Positions 9,481 through 18,699 are shown, counted from the stretch's first letter. The stretch: DNA of 33,713 nucleotides from Halalkalibaculum sp. (GCA_035269475.1 DATFJD010000175.1:1-33713), one strand, 5' to 3'. The notes: a model not told the origin generated them from the letters alone. A program made the numbers and translations.

Positions 9481-10761
9481 ATGAAAAAGTACGTTTACAA
9501 TGAATTATCCGAAGACGATTTAACCGATTTATGCCGGCGTCCGAAGATGGATTTTGAATCCATTTTTGCTACCGTAAGCCCTATCATTGAGGAGGTTCGC
9601 AACGAGGGCGACGCAGCGGTATTACAGTATACCGAAAAGTTCGACGGGCTAAAGCCCGACCCACTGACCTTTAGCCCGGAAGACCATGAGTTGCTACTGA
9701 AAGATGAAATCAGGGAAGCCATTGATACCGCGTTCAAGAATATCTACCGGTTTCATAAAGCCCAGCTTCCCAATGCCATGGAAGTTGAAACCATGCCCGG
9801 CGTGCGATGCATGCGGGTTGCTCGGCCAATAGAGAGAGTGGGCCTGTATGTACCGGGCGGTACGGCACTGCTGCCCTCCACGCTGATGATGCTTGGGATC
9901 CCCGCCGCTCTTGCAGGATGCAAAGAAATTGTCATTGCCACACCTCCGGGAAGGGATGGGCGCATAGCCGATGAGTTGATCTACATAGCAAAAAAAGTCG
10001 GTGCATCCGTTATTTTAAAGGCAGGCGGTGCACAGGCCGTAGCCGCAATGGCTTTCGGTACCGAGTCGGTTCCCAAGGTGGACAAAATTTTCGGTCCCGG
10101 CAACCAGTACGTAACGGCTGCCAAGATGCAGCTGCAAAACAGTGAAGCCCAGGTGGCTATTGACATGCCCGCCGGCCCTTCTGAAGTGCTCGTAATTGCC
10201 GACGATAACGCAGAACCGGCGTTTGTAGCCGCCGACCTGCTGTCGCAAGCCGAACACGGGTCAGACAGTCAGGCGGTTCTGCTGGCAACGCCTCATTTCA
10301 ACTGGGATCAGTGTCAGCTTGAGCTGAAAAAGCAGCTGGAAGGGCTGCCCCGAAAAGCGATGGCAGAAAAAGCACTGAATAACAGCTTCAGCATAGAAGT
10401 GGACTCACTGGAGCAGGCTTTTAGTTTTTCGAACAGGTATGCTCCCGAGCACCTCATCATTCAGTGTGAAAACGCGGAAGCTTATGTGGATGAAATTTAT
10501 AACGCCGGTTCGGTATTCCTAGGCAAATGGTCACCGGAAAGCGTGGGTGATTATGCTTCTGGCACCAACCACACATTGCCGACCTACGGGTATGCCAGAA
10601 TGTACAGCGGGGTTTCGGTTGATTCTTTCTGTAAATTCATTACCATGCAGCATCTTTCAAAGGAAGGATTGAAAAATATTGCTCCCTCCGTTGAAACACT
10701 GGCTGAACTTGAAGAACTTGAAGGTCACAAACGAGCGGTTTCAGTGCGCTTGCAAGAGTAA
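9481..10761 (+). CDS. hisD: Histidinol dehydrogenase
   Basis: GLYVPGG, GPGNQYV, DMPAGPSEV, SQAEH, APEHL, GDYASGTNHTLPT. Confidence 0.98.
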   Translation: MKKYVYNELSEDDLTDLCRRPKMDFESIFATVSPIIEEVRNEGDAAVLQYTEKFDGLKPDPLTFSPEDHELLLKDEIREAIDTAFKNIYRFHKAQLPNAMEVETMPGVRCMRVARPIERVGLYVPGGTALLPSTLMMLGIPAALAGCKEIVIATPPGRDGRIADELIYIAKKVGASVILKAGGAQAVAAMAFGTESVPKVDKIFGPGNQYVTAAKMQLQNSEAQVAIDMPAGPSEVLVIADDNAEPAFVAADLLSQAEHGSDSQAVLLATPHFNWDQCQLELKKQLEGLPRKAMAEKALNNSFSIEVDSLEQAFSFSNRYAPEHLIIQCENAEAYVDEIYNAGSVFLGKWSPESVGDYASGTNHTLPTYGYARMYSGVSVDSFCKFITMQHLSKEGLKNIAPSVETLAELEELEGHKRAVSVRLQE

Positions 10762-10799
10762 TTTACTGTAAGATCTACAAACAAGATATTAGCTAAAGG

Positions 10800-10888
10800 C
10801 CATCCCCCTGGATTCGGCCAGGGCCTCATCTGTCCCCCTTCGAAGGGGGACGATTCACGCCCGTTCAGGGGGTGTATCCGGGGGATGG
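10800..10888. repeat. REP-like GC-rich nested palindrome between hisD and hisC
   Basis: Outer CCATCCCCCTGGAT / ATCCGGGGGATGG; inner perfect 20-bp palindrome GTCCCCCTTCGAAGGGGGAC (10832-10851). Confidence 0.7.
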
Positions 10889-10942
10889 TTATTAAGAGAC
10901 AATTACATTAACTGAACATATATTCCTTTGCAGAGTAAATCC

Positions 10943-12001
10943 ATGAAGCCCGAAATCAGTATAGAAAACCTTGTCAGGCCCAACATCCGAAAGCTGGAGC
11001 CCTATCGAAGCGCACGCGATGACTACGAAAGCGGGCTGCTGCTAGATGCCAATGAGAACAGCCTTGGGGCGCCCTACCAGCAAGCTGACGGGCTTCATCG
11101 CTATCCTTCTCCCTATCAGCAAAAGCTCCGGGGGAAAATAGCCGGGCTGCGTGATCTTGAACCGGAAAATGTCTTTGTAGGGGTAGGCAGTGATGAAGCA
11201 ATCGACTTGCTGTACCGCATCTTTTGCGAGCCGAGAACCGATAACATCATTATCACCCCTCCTACCTACGGCATGTACAAGGTATCAGCCGGTATCCATG
11301 ATGTAGCGGTAAAAAAGGTGAATCTTGACCCAAACTTTCAGCCAAAAGTCGATGAGATACTTGATGCAGCGGATGAGCATTCTAAAATGCTATTTCTCTG
11401 TTCCCCCAATAACCCGACAGGGAATGAGTTTGAGCAGGAACGTATTGAAGCACTGGTATCAGAATTTCCCGGAATTGTAGTTATTGACGAAGCCTACATC
11501 GACTTTAGCGACCGAAAAAGCCGGGCGGAGCTTATTAAAACACATCCCAACCTGGTAGTACTGCAAACCTTGTCGAAATCATTCGGCATGGCAGGGATAC
11601 GAATGGGCATAGCTTTAGCCTCGGAAATCATTATTAAATTTATGCTCAAAGTGAAGGCGCCCTATAACGTTAACGCCCTCACAAGCAAATACGCACTGGA
11701 GGCCTTTGACCACCTTGATACCATTTCCTTTCATATTGATAAATTAGTTGAAGAGCGGGAAATGCTGCGAAATAAACTGCAAGAGGTACCCGGTGTTAGA
11801 AAAATTTATCCAAGCAACGCGAACTTTTTACTGGTCAAATTTGATGATGCCGTTAAGACGTACAAAGAACTGGCTAAAAAAGAGATCATTGTGCGGTACA
11901 GGGGCAATGAGCCTCTTTGTGAAAACTGCCTTCGAATTACCGTAGGCACGCCCGATGAAAATGAGAAACTAATCAATACCCTAAAAGAACTGGCAGAATG
12001 A
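10943..12001 (+). CDS. hisC: Histidinol-phosphate aminotransferase
   Basis: LLDANEN, HRYP, GVGSDEAID, CSPNNPTG, DEAYIDF, TLSKSFGMAGIRMG (PLP lysine). ATG at 10943 preferred over TTG at 10928. Confidence 0.97.
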   Translation: MKPEISIENLVRPNIRKLEPYRSARDDYESGLLLDANENSLGAPYQQADGLHRYPSPYQQKLRGKIAGLRDLEPENVFVGVGSDEAIDLLYRIFCEPRTDNIIITPPTYGMYKVSAGIHDVAVKKVNLDPNFQPKVDEILDAADEHSKMLFLCSPNNPTGNEFEQERIEALVSEFPGIVVIDEAYIDFSDRKSRAELIKTHPNLVVLQTLSKSFGMAGIRMGIALASEIIIKFMLKVKAPYNVNALTSKYALEAFDHLDTISFHIDKLVEEREMLRNKLQEVPGVRKIYPSNANFLLVKFDDAVKTYKELAKKEIIVRYRGNEPLCENCLRITVGTPDENEKLINTLKELAE

Positions 12002-12885
12002 AAATCCGTATCCAAACCGAAGCACTAAATGGATCAGGCAGCGAACTGTTGTGGGAAGGTGCTTTATACGGCCTCAAGCACCTGCAGGAACTCGGGCACG
12101 GAATTCAGTTTGATTTCGATCAGCTCTCGGAGCATCAGCAAAACCTGCTTGAAAATGAGCAGGTATCGAGCCACGCATTTCAGGAAGAAGAAATTGATTT
12201 GACCATAACTTCCGAAGACAACATTCTGGTCGCCTACAGCGATAATAACCAAGTAGCTGAAGCAGAAGACTGGATTCAGATCAGCAATTTAATATGCTTT
12301 CCCCGTCGCAAGGCAAGCCACACGCGTAAAACATCGGAAACACAGATCACGGTCTCGATAAATCTCGATGGTACCGGAAAATCCAGCATTGATACCGGCC
12401 TCGGCTTTTTTGACCATATGCTGGAGCAAATTGCCCGGCACGGGCTGATAGACCTCGACATCTCCTGCCAGGGTGACCTGGAAATAGATGAGCATCATAC
12501 CATTGAAGATACGGCCATCACGCTTGGTGAAACCATTGAAAAAGCACTAGGTGAGAAAGTGGGAATTCAACGTTACTCATTTGTGTTGCCCATGGACGAA
12601 AGCAAGGCTGAGGTTGCCCTGGACATCTCTGGCAGGCCTTATCTTGTGTTTGACGGCGAGTTCAATCGTGATGTGGTCGGGGATTTTCCCACTGAAATGA
12701 CAGAACATTTTTTTTATTCGCTGGCCATAAACATGAAGGCTACCCTGCACGTGTCTTTTGAAGGAACCAACGACCATCACAAGATTGAAGCTTGTTTTAA
12801 AGCTTTTGCACGCTGCCTCAGGGCAGCAGTTAGCAGAAGTGAACGTAATTTAAATATTTTACCTAGCACCAAAGACCTGCTGTAA
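11998..12885 (+). CDS. hisB: Imidazoleglycerol-phosphate dehydratase with degenerate N-terminal phosphatase-like domain
   Basis: RKTSET, FFDHML, DEHHTIED, NDHHKIEA, LPSTK. The first ~100 aa lack the HAD DxD motif. Confidence 0.95.
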   Translation: MKIRIQTEALNGSGSELLWEGALYGLKHLQELGHGIQFDFDQLSEHQQNLLENEQVSSHAFQEEEIDLTITSEDNILVAYSDNNQVAEAEDWIQISNLICFPRRKASHTRKTSETQITVSINLDGTGKSSIDTGLGFFDHMLEQIARHGLIDLDISCQGDLEIDEHHTIEDTAITLGETIEKALGEKVGIQRYSFVLPMDESKAEVALDISGRPYLVFDGEFNRDVVGDFPTEMTEHFFYSLAINMKATLHVSFEGTNDHHKIEACFKAFARCLRAAVSRSERNLNILPSTKDLL

Positions 12886-12886
12886 C

Positions 12887-13498
12887 ATGATCGCAATTAT
12901 TAATTACGATGCCGGTAATCTTGCCTCCGTATCTAATGCACTGGACAGGCTTGACGAGAAGTATATTGTTTCCAATAAGCCTGAAGAACTGGAAGCGTCG
13001 GACGCCGTTATTTTTCCCGGCGTAGGCCATGCCCTTCCTGCCATGCAATCGCTGAAAAAACAGGGGCTCGATCACTTTTTAAAGGAAACCGACAAACCGG
13101 TTCTGGGTATATGCCTGGGCATGCAGCTTCTTTTTGAGAGTTCCGAGGAAGGGGATACTGAGGGACTTGGTATCATACCGGGCAAGCTTAAAAAATTTGA
13201 CGAGACCAGAGACAAGGTACCGCATATGGGCTGGAATACCTTTACTGAGACCACTGACTGTCCGCTTCTCAACGGCATCAGCACCCGGCAGTATTTCTAT
13301 TACGTGCACAGTTTCTATGCCCCGGTGAATGAATATTCACTGGCTTCCTGCCATTATATCAATGACTTTTGTGCTGTTGTTGGAAAGGATAACGTGATGG
13401 GTGTACAGTTTCATCCTAAGAAATCCGGTACCACCGGCTCCCTGCTACTTCAAAACTTTCTGGAATTTGTTCATGACAGGGTTGCCAAGGTAAAATAA
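12887..13498 (+). CDS. hisH: Imidazole glycerol phosphate synthase, glutaminase subunit
   Basis: GNLASV, FPGVG, GICLGMQ, VPHMGWN, YYVHSF. The usual QFHPEKS motif reads QFHPKKS. Confidence 0.95.
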   Translation: MIAIINYDAGNLASVSNALDRLDEKYIVSNKPEELEASDAVIFPGVGHALPAMQSLKKQGLDHFLKETDKPVLGICLGMQLLFESSEEGDTEGLGIIPGKLKKFDETRDKVPHMGWNTFTETTDCPLLNGISTRQYFYYVHSFYAPVNEYSLASCHYINDFCAVVGKDNVMGVQFHPKKSGTTGSLLLQNFLEFVHDRVAKVK

Positions 13499-13577
13499 AA
13501 CCGCACCACACCCGGGTACTGCCTGCTTTTACCCATCTTCGGTTAATCCGCCCGGCTCACTGTTTTGCACCTTTTTA

Positions 13578-13606
13578 TTGACATTGCTGTATTTACCGAT
13601 TAGATT
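13578..13606 (+). promoter_or_regulatory. Sigma70-type promoter of the tetR-ABC operon
   Basis: TTGACA (13578-13583), 17-bp spacer, TAGATT (13601-13606). Confidence 0.7.
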
Positions 13607-13626
13607 TTGACTGAACGTTCAGTCAA
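13607..13626. promoter_or_regulatory. TetR operator (perfect 20-bp palindrome)
   Basis: TTGACTGAACGTTCAGTCAA directly after the -10 box and 9 nt before the tetR ATG. Confidence 0.8.
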
Positions 13627-13635
13627 CGTTAAAAT

Positions 13636-14217
13636 ATGTCTCCCAGAACGGCCAATCAGAACGAAGAAATCAGGCAGCAGGCACGACAGCAAATAAGGGA
13701 TGCTGCCTTTGAACTTTTTGCGGCAAAAGGCTTTGCCAATACCGGCGTCCGCGCCATTGCCAAAGAAGCCGGGGTATCGAAAGGGCTGATCTACCACTAC
13801 TTTGAAGGCAAGGATGACATACTGCACGCTATTTTTGACGATCTCACCGATCTGGGTGACCGGGCAATGGATTTTCCGGACAACCTCTCTTCTTCAGAAC
13901 GCCTGCACAAGATGCTGAACATGATTTTCGGCTATATTAAACAGTCTACCGAAGTCCTTAGGCTGATGATTTCCCTCGCACTTCAGCCGGATGCCGTTGA
14001 AAAGCTAAAAGCTTCTATTGAAGCGTACAACGAACGGCAGATACGAATCCTCGCTCCTCTTTTTGAAGATCTTGGATACGAGAGTCCGGAAGCGGAAGCC
14101 TACTACCTCGCAGCCAAGCTGGATGGCATAACCCTGGGCTATATTACACTTGGTGAGGACTATCCTTTTGAAATGATGAAACAAAAAGTAATGAATGACT
14201 ATGACTCTGAAACATAA
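13636..14217 (+). CDS. TetR/AcrR family transcriptional regulator
   Basis: N-terminal HTH AAFELFAAKGFANTGVRAIAKEAGVSKGLIYHYF. Confidence 0.95.
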   Translation: MSPRTANQNEEIRQQARQQIRDAAFELFAAKGFANTGVRAIAKEAGVSKGLIYHYFEGKDDILHAIFDDLTDLGDRAMDFPDNLSSSERLHKMLNMIFGYIKQSTEVLRLMISLALQPDAVEKLKASIEAYNERQIRILAPLFEDLGYESPEAEAYYLAAKLDGITLGYITLGEDYPFEMMKQKVMNDYDSET

Positions 14218-14959
14218 AAAAGCTGCTGTGTTCTGTTTAGTGATGTTAGCAAGTACGCTACTGGCTCAGGCGCAGGATGCAACGGAAATCGTACGCCGGG
14301 CCGATGAGAAGGTACGGGGTGAGAGCTCCCGGGCTGAAATAACGATGGAGATTATCCGCCCCACCTGGAAACGAAGCATATCCATGAAGGCCTGGTCCCT
14401 GGGCATGGATTACAGCCTGATACTGGTAACCGCTCCTGCCCGGGATGAGGGTACGGCCTACCTTAAACGGGGCAATGAAATCTGGAACTGGCTGCCCGAT
14501 ATCAACCGCACCATTAAAATGCCGCCATCTATGATGAGCCAATCCTGGATGGGGTCTGACTTTTCCAATAATGATCTCGTTGAGGAGTCATCTATCGTTA
14601 CCGATTACGACCATACCCTGGCCGGAGACAGTACGCTTAGCAGTTATTCGGCCTATATAATTGAAATGATCCCAAAGCCCCAAGCTCCGGTCGTTTGGGG
14701 GAAAGTGGTAAGTTTTATTACCAAAGAGGAGTACCTGCAGCTAAGAACCGAGTTTTATGATGAAGATATGGAGTTGATTAAAATCATGGAGGGATCGGAA
14801 ATTGAGGAAATGGGCGGCCGCACCATACCGACCAGGATGGAGATGATTCCTGTTGACAAGGAAGGGCAGAAAACGGTGCTCCACTACCGGGATATTGAAT
14901 TCAATATTGATCTTTCTGATCGCTTTTTCAGCATTCAGAATATGAAACGAGTACAGTGA
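14201..14959 (+). CDS. LolA-like outer-membrane lipoprotein-sorting protein
   Basis: Signal peptide ending AQA; APARDEGTAYLK, SQSWMGSDFSNND and FFSIQNMKR typical of the family; start at 14195 or 14201, overlapping the tetR stop. Confidence 0.88.
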   Translation: MTLKHKKAAVFCLVMLASTLLAQAQDATEIVRRADEKVRGESSRAEITMEIIRPTWKRSISMKAWSLGMDYSLILVTAPARDEGTAYLKRGNEIWNWLPDINRTIKMPPSMMSQSWMGSDFSNNDLVEESSIVTDYDHTLAGDSTLSSYSAYIIEMIPKPQAPVVWGKVVSFITKEEYLQLRTEFYDEDMELIKIMEGSEIEEMGGRTIPTRMEMIPVDKEGQKTVLHYRDIEFNIDLSDRFFSIQNMKRVQ

Positions 14960-15025
14960 ACAGTGGGTCAGTGGGTCAGTGTGTCAGGGAACAGTGTGTC
15001 AGTTATCAGTTATCAGTATTCAGAG
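14954..15025 (+). repeat. Left tandem array (CAG-initiated 7/8-mers) of the four-helix-bundle cassette
   Basis: CAGTGAA CAGTGGGT CAGTGGGT CAGTGTGT CAGGGAA CAGTGTGT CAGTTAT CAGTTAT CAGTATT CAGAG; the first unit contains the upstream TGA stop. Confidence 0.9.
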
Positions 15026-15056
15026 AAGAAAATCAGATGCATACTTTATATATCAG

Positions 15057-15407
15057 TTATTTTTCTATGCGGGTTTTTTTGAGAATAGTGAACATTATTT
15101 TTGCAAGTTCATCTGCGTCCTTAAACAAACTTTCATACTGTTCAACACTGATGAAATCAGTGTCTTTTAATAATGATATCCAGAATTTGGTTTCAAGGCA
15201 TTCTTTATATGAAATTGAAATTTTTGAAGAGAAATCGGCTTTTGAAATACCTCCGTTGGCTTCAGCAATATTTGCCCCAATACTGGTGCCACATTTTAAT
15301 AACTGCCTGGACAAAACAAATTCTCGTTTTTCTTTACACAGATATTGATTTGTCTCAATAATTCTTATAGCAAAACGATATGCTTTCTGATAAAGGTTAT
15401 TTTCCAT
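15057..15407 (-). CDS. Four helix bundle protein (TIGR02436 / 23S rRNA IVP / bAvd-like)
   Basis: MENNLYQKAYRFAIRII...LSRQLLKCGTSIGANIAEA...SKADFSSKISISYKECLETKFWISLL; 116 aa from ATG at 15407; GGAG upstream; AT-rich; antisense to the host operon. Confidence 0.92.
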   Translation of the reverse strand: MENNLYQKAYRFAIRIIETNQYLCKEKREFVLSRQLLKCGTSIGANIAEANGGISKADFSSKISISYKECLETKFWISLLKDTDFISVEQYESLFKDADELAKIMFTILKKTRIEK

Positions 15408-15510
15408 AATTAAAATCTCCAACTTACTATTCAGGTTCGAATTCATATTTGTAAGACCGACAAACAAAGAACTCCTTACCAATTAACTTTAAATAATCAA
15501 TCGTAAAATG

Positions 15511-15553
15511 TTCACTGACACACTGATCACTGTTCACTGATAACTGATAACTG
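15511..15553 (-). repeat. Right tandem array (inverted) of the four-helix-bundle cassette
   Basis: TTCACTG ACACACTG ATCACTG TTCACTG ATAACTG ATAACTG, reverse complements of left-arm-type units; ends 3 nt before the next ATG. Confidence 0.9.
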
Positions 15554-15556
15554 AAA

Positions 15557-16780
15557 ATGTTGATATTTAAACTTGCGTGGCGGAATATTTGGCGGAATAA
15601 GCGGAGGACGATTATAACTACGCTTTCCATAGTCGTAGCTGTATTTCTATCGGCCATCACCCGTTCTACGCAGGAGGGCCAGTATGATAATATGCTCGAG
15701 AATACTGTGGGCATCTTTTCGGGGTACATCCAGATTCACCAGGATGGCTATCAGGATAACCCTACACTGGACAACAGTTTTGAAATCAGTGATTCACTGA
15801 TGAATATCGTCCGGTCGAAACCGGCTGTCAGCTCGGTGGTACCGCGTATCGATTCCTACGCCCTTGCAGCGACGCAGCACCAGAGCAGGCCGGCAATGAT
15901 TATGGGCATTGATGTCGAAGCCGAGAAGCAGCTGAGCGACCCGGTAAAAAATCTTGAGGAGGGCAGCTATTTCAACTCCAATAACGAACAGGCGGTCATC
16001 ATCGGCAAGGACCTCAGAACACGGCTCAATGCCCGGATCGGTGACAGCCTGGTGGTGATCGGGCAGGGCTATCACGGCATGAACGCGACAGGGCTGTACC
16101 ATATCAAAGGAACCGTCTCATTTCCGAACCCGGAAATGAACAAAAGCCTGGTATATCTACCCCTGGAAACGGCACAGTATTTGTTCTCAGCTGATAACCG
16201 ACTAACTGCCCTGGCGATCAATATTGACCATCCTGACGAGCTTGGCAACACGGTCGAAGCCCTCAGACGGGAATTAGCTGCCGGCGGGTATGAAGTGCTG
16301 GGCTGGCCGGAAATAATGCCGGAGCTAAAGCAAGCTATCCAGGTGGACCGGGGGAGCGGTGTTATCATCATTATGATTCTCTATATGATTGTCGGTTTTG
16401 GCGTACTGGGAACCGTACTGATGATGATTGCCGAACGTTATTACGAGTTCGGGGTCATGCTCTCCGTGGGAACGCCACGCAAGACCATTGCAAAAATACT
16501 TTCCCTGGAGGTTATTATTCTGAGCCTGATGGGTACACTCTTCGGTATCCTGCTGAGCATTCCCGTTGCCTGGTATTTCAATGTCAATCCCATTGACCTC
16601 TCCGGGGCCATGGCTTCGGCGGCAGAGCAGTACAATATGTCTCCCGTTCTTCAGTTTTCGGTATCTCCCGAAATTTTCACATCCCAGGCCCTGATCGTCT
16701 TCATCATCACCCTGCTCTTCAGCATCTACCCCATACTGAAAGCAGCCAAGCTGAACCCCGTTAAAGCCATGAAATCCTGA
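15557..16780 (+). CDS. ABC transporter permease (MacB/FtsX/LolE family)
   Basis: LAWRNIWRNKRRT, large periplasmic domain, ERYYEFGVMLSVG, KLNPVKAM. Confidence 0.93.
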   Translation: MLIFKLAWRNIWRNKRRTIITTLSIVVAVFLSAITRSTQEGQYDNMLENTVGIFSGYIQIHQDGYQDNPTLDNSFEISDSLMNIVRSKPAVSSVVPRIDSYALAATQHQSRPAMIMGIDVEAEKQLSDPVKNLEEGSYFNSNNEQAVIIGKDLRTRLNARIGDSLVVIGQGYHGMNATGLYHIKGTVSFPNPEMNKSLVYLPLETAQYLFSADNRLTALAINIDHPDELGNTVEALRRELAAGGYEVLGWPEIMPELKQAIQVDRGSGVIIIMILYMIVGFGVLGTVLMMIAERYYEFGVMLSVGTPRKTIAKILSLEVIILSLMGTLFGILLSIPVAWYFNVNPIDLSGAMASAAEQYNMSPVLQFSVSPEIFTSQALIVFIITLLFSIYPILKAAKLNPVKAMKS

Positions 16781-18003
16781 TGATGATTTTTAGAATCATA
16801 TCGCTCGGCTGGAAAAATATCTGGCGAAATCCAACCAGAAGCGGTGTGGTCATCATTGCCGTTCTGCTGGGAATCTGGGCCGGCGTTTTTATTTCGGCCT
16901 TTTTTAACAGCCTCACCCAGAGCTATCTTCAGAACCAGCTCGACTTGATGGTGGGGCACGTTCAAATAACCAATCCGGAATTCGAAGACCAGTTTAACCC
17001 AAGGTACGACATTCAGGGTTCCGGGCTGCTGCTTGACAGCCTCAGGCAAAAGGAGTACATCACCGGAATTCAGTACGAAAGCCTGGCGGCCGGCCTGGCT
17101 CAAAGCGCCGCCAACAGCTATGGCGTTACCATACACGGTATTGATACCGCATCCGGACCCGTCCATCCTATCACGCAGCATATCCAGCTGGGAAATCTGC
17201 TCCGGGATATTAAAAGAAACCCCGTAGTAATAGGCCGTGCCCTCGCTGAGCGACTCGAACTTGATTTGCGGTCTAAAATGGTAGTCAGCTTCCAGGACGT
17301 CGAAGGCAATATCACCGCGGGCGCGTTTCGCATAGCCGGCATTTTTGATTCCTTTAATGACAACTATGATAAAGGAAATGTATTCGTTCTTCGGGATGAC
17401 CTGAACCGGCTGCTGGGAAAAGAACAGTTAATCCATAAAATCACCCTGAAAATTGATGATTTCAGCCGGGCGGGGATGCGGGCCGAATCCATACGGGAGA
17501 ACCATGGCGGGCTTAAGGTTTCAAGCTGGGGCGAGGTGGCCCCCGAGCTCGAATATGTGTTCAACTCCATGGACATCTCGCTATATATTGTCATGATTAT
17601 TATCATCATGGCTCTTGTCTTCAGCATCATCAATACCATGCTTATGGCAGTATTGGAGCGCACTAAAGAACTCGGCATGCTGATGGCTATAGGGATGAAT
17701 AAAGCCAGGCTCTTTACGATGATACTGTGTGAAACCTTTTTCCTGACTATGGTGGGGACCCCGATCGGACTCTTTTTAAGCTGGCTGACGGTTTGGACTT
17801 TCGGCAATATCGGGATAGACCTCAGCGCATTTTCCCAGGGGCTCAATGCCTACGGCCTGGATACGGTCATCTATCCCGAGCTGAGCGCAACCTATTACCT
17901 GAATGTCACCCTGCTGATTGCCGCTGCCGCAATCCTTTCGGCTATTTATCCTGCCTGGAAAACGCTTAAACTCAAACCCGTTGAAGCAATACGAAAAATT
18001 TAA
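16780..18003 (+). CDS. ABC transporter permease (MacB/FtsX/LolE family), second paralogue
   Basis: WKNIWRNPTRS, ERTKELGMLMAIGM, KLKPVEAIR. Confidence 0.93.
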   Translation: MMIFRIISLGWKNIWRNPTRSGVVIIAVLLGIWAGVFISAFFNSLTQSYLQNQLDLMVGHVQITNPEFEDQFNPRYDIQGSGLLLDSLRQKEYITGIQYESLAAGLAQSAANSYGVTIHGIDTASGPVHPITQHIQLGNLLRDIKRNPVVIGRALAERLELDLRSKMVVSFQDVEGNITAGAFRIAGIFDSFNDNYDKGNVFVLRDDLNRLLGKEQLIHKITLKIDDFSRAGMRAESIRENHGGLKVSSWGEVAPELEYVFNSMDISLYIVMIIIIMALVFSIINTMLMAVLERTKELGMLMAIGMNKARLFTMILCETFFLTMVGTPIGLFLSWLTVWTFGNIGIDLSAFSQGLNAYGLDTVIYPELSATYYLNVTLLIAAAAILSAIYPAWKTLKLKPVEAIRKI

Positions 18004-18012
18004 CTGCTGATT

Positions 18013-18699
18013 ATGGCTGTCATAGAAACCAAAGGCCTCAAAAAAACCTACAACCCTGACAAGGTACCCGTCCATGCACTCAATGGCGTGGACCTGAAGA
18101 TTGAAAAGGGCGAATTTACCGCAATTGTCGGTCCCTCCGGTTCAGGAAAAACGACCCTGCTTAATATCATCGGGGGGCTGGACGAGCCGACCGAAGGTAC
18201 CGCCATCGTTAAGGGCACAGATCTAAGCACGCTGTCTGATAGTGAACTGATAAAATTTCGACTTCAGCACATCGGTTTTGTATTCCAGGCCTATAACCTG
18301 ATTCCTGTTTTAACAGCCATAGAAAACGTGGCTTTTATCTTGCAAATGCAGGGACGGCCCTCCAAAGTCTGCCATGACAAGAGCAAGGCCTTGCTGGAAG
18401 AGGTGGGACTGGCAGATAAAATCAACAAGCGCCCGTCTGAGCTTTCGGGCGGACAGCAGCAGCGGGTTGCGGTGGCGCGGGCCCTCTCCTCCACTCCGGA
18501 TTTTGTGCTGGCCGATGAGCCTACCGCCAACCTCGATTCGGTTTCGAGCTCCGACCTGCTGGATATGATGGCCGAGCTCAATGAAAAAGAGGAGATGACT
18601 TTTGTCTTTTCAACCCATGACCAGCGCGTTATCGACCGCGCCCGGCGAGTGGTGACCCTGGTGGATGGCAAGATTGATAAGGATGAAATTCGAGGATAA
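18013..18699 (+). CDS. ABC transporter ATP-binding protein (LolD/MacB-like)
   Basis: GPSGSGKT, FVFQAYNL, LSGGQQQRVA, ADEPTANLD, STHD. Confidence 0.96.
   Translation: MAVIETKGLKKTYNPDKVPVHALNGVDLKIEKGEFTAIVGPSGSGKTTLLNIIGGLDEPTEGTAIVKGTDLSTLSDSELIKFRLQHIGFVFQAYNLIPVLTAIENVAFILQMQGRPSKVCHDKSKALLEEVGLADKINKRPSELSGGQQQRVAVARALSSTPDFVLADEPTANLDSVSSSDLLDMMAELNEKEEMTFVFSTHDQRVIDRARRVVTLVDGKIDKDEIRG

Noticed and set aside
14956-15348. 130-aa + strand ORF beginning in the CAGT repeat array
   Set aside because: Antisense shadow of the well-supported four-helix-bundle gene; its N-terminus is translated repeat.
15408-15482. N-terminal extension of the four-helix ORF in the track (start 15482)
   Set aside because: Family similarity starts at MENNL, and the ATG at 15407 has an SD-like GGAG.
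14954-15553. CRISPR array, IS element or diversity-generating retroelement
   Set aside because: Units are 7-8 nt without unique spacers. No cas, transposase or reverse transcriptase gene and no template/variable repeat pair is visible in the window.
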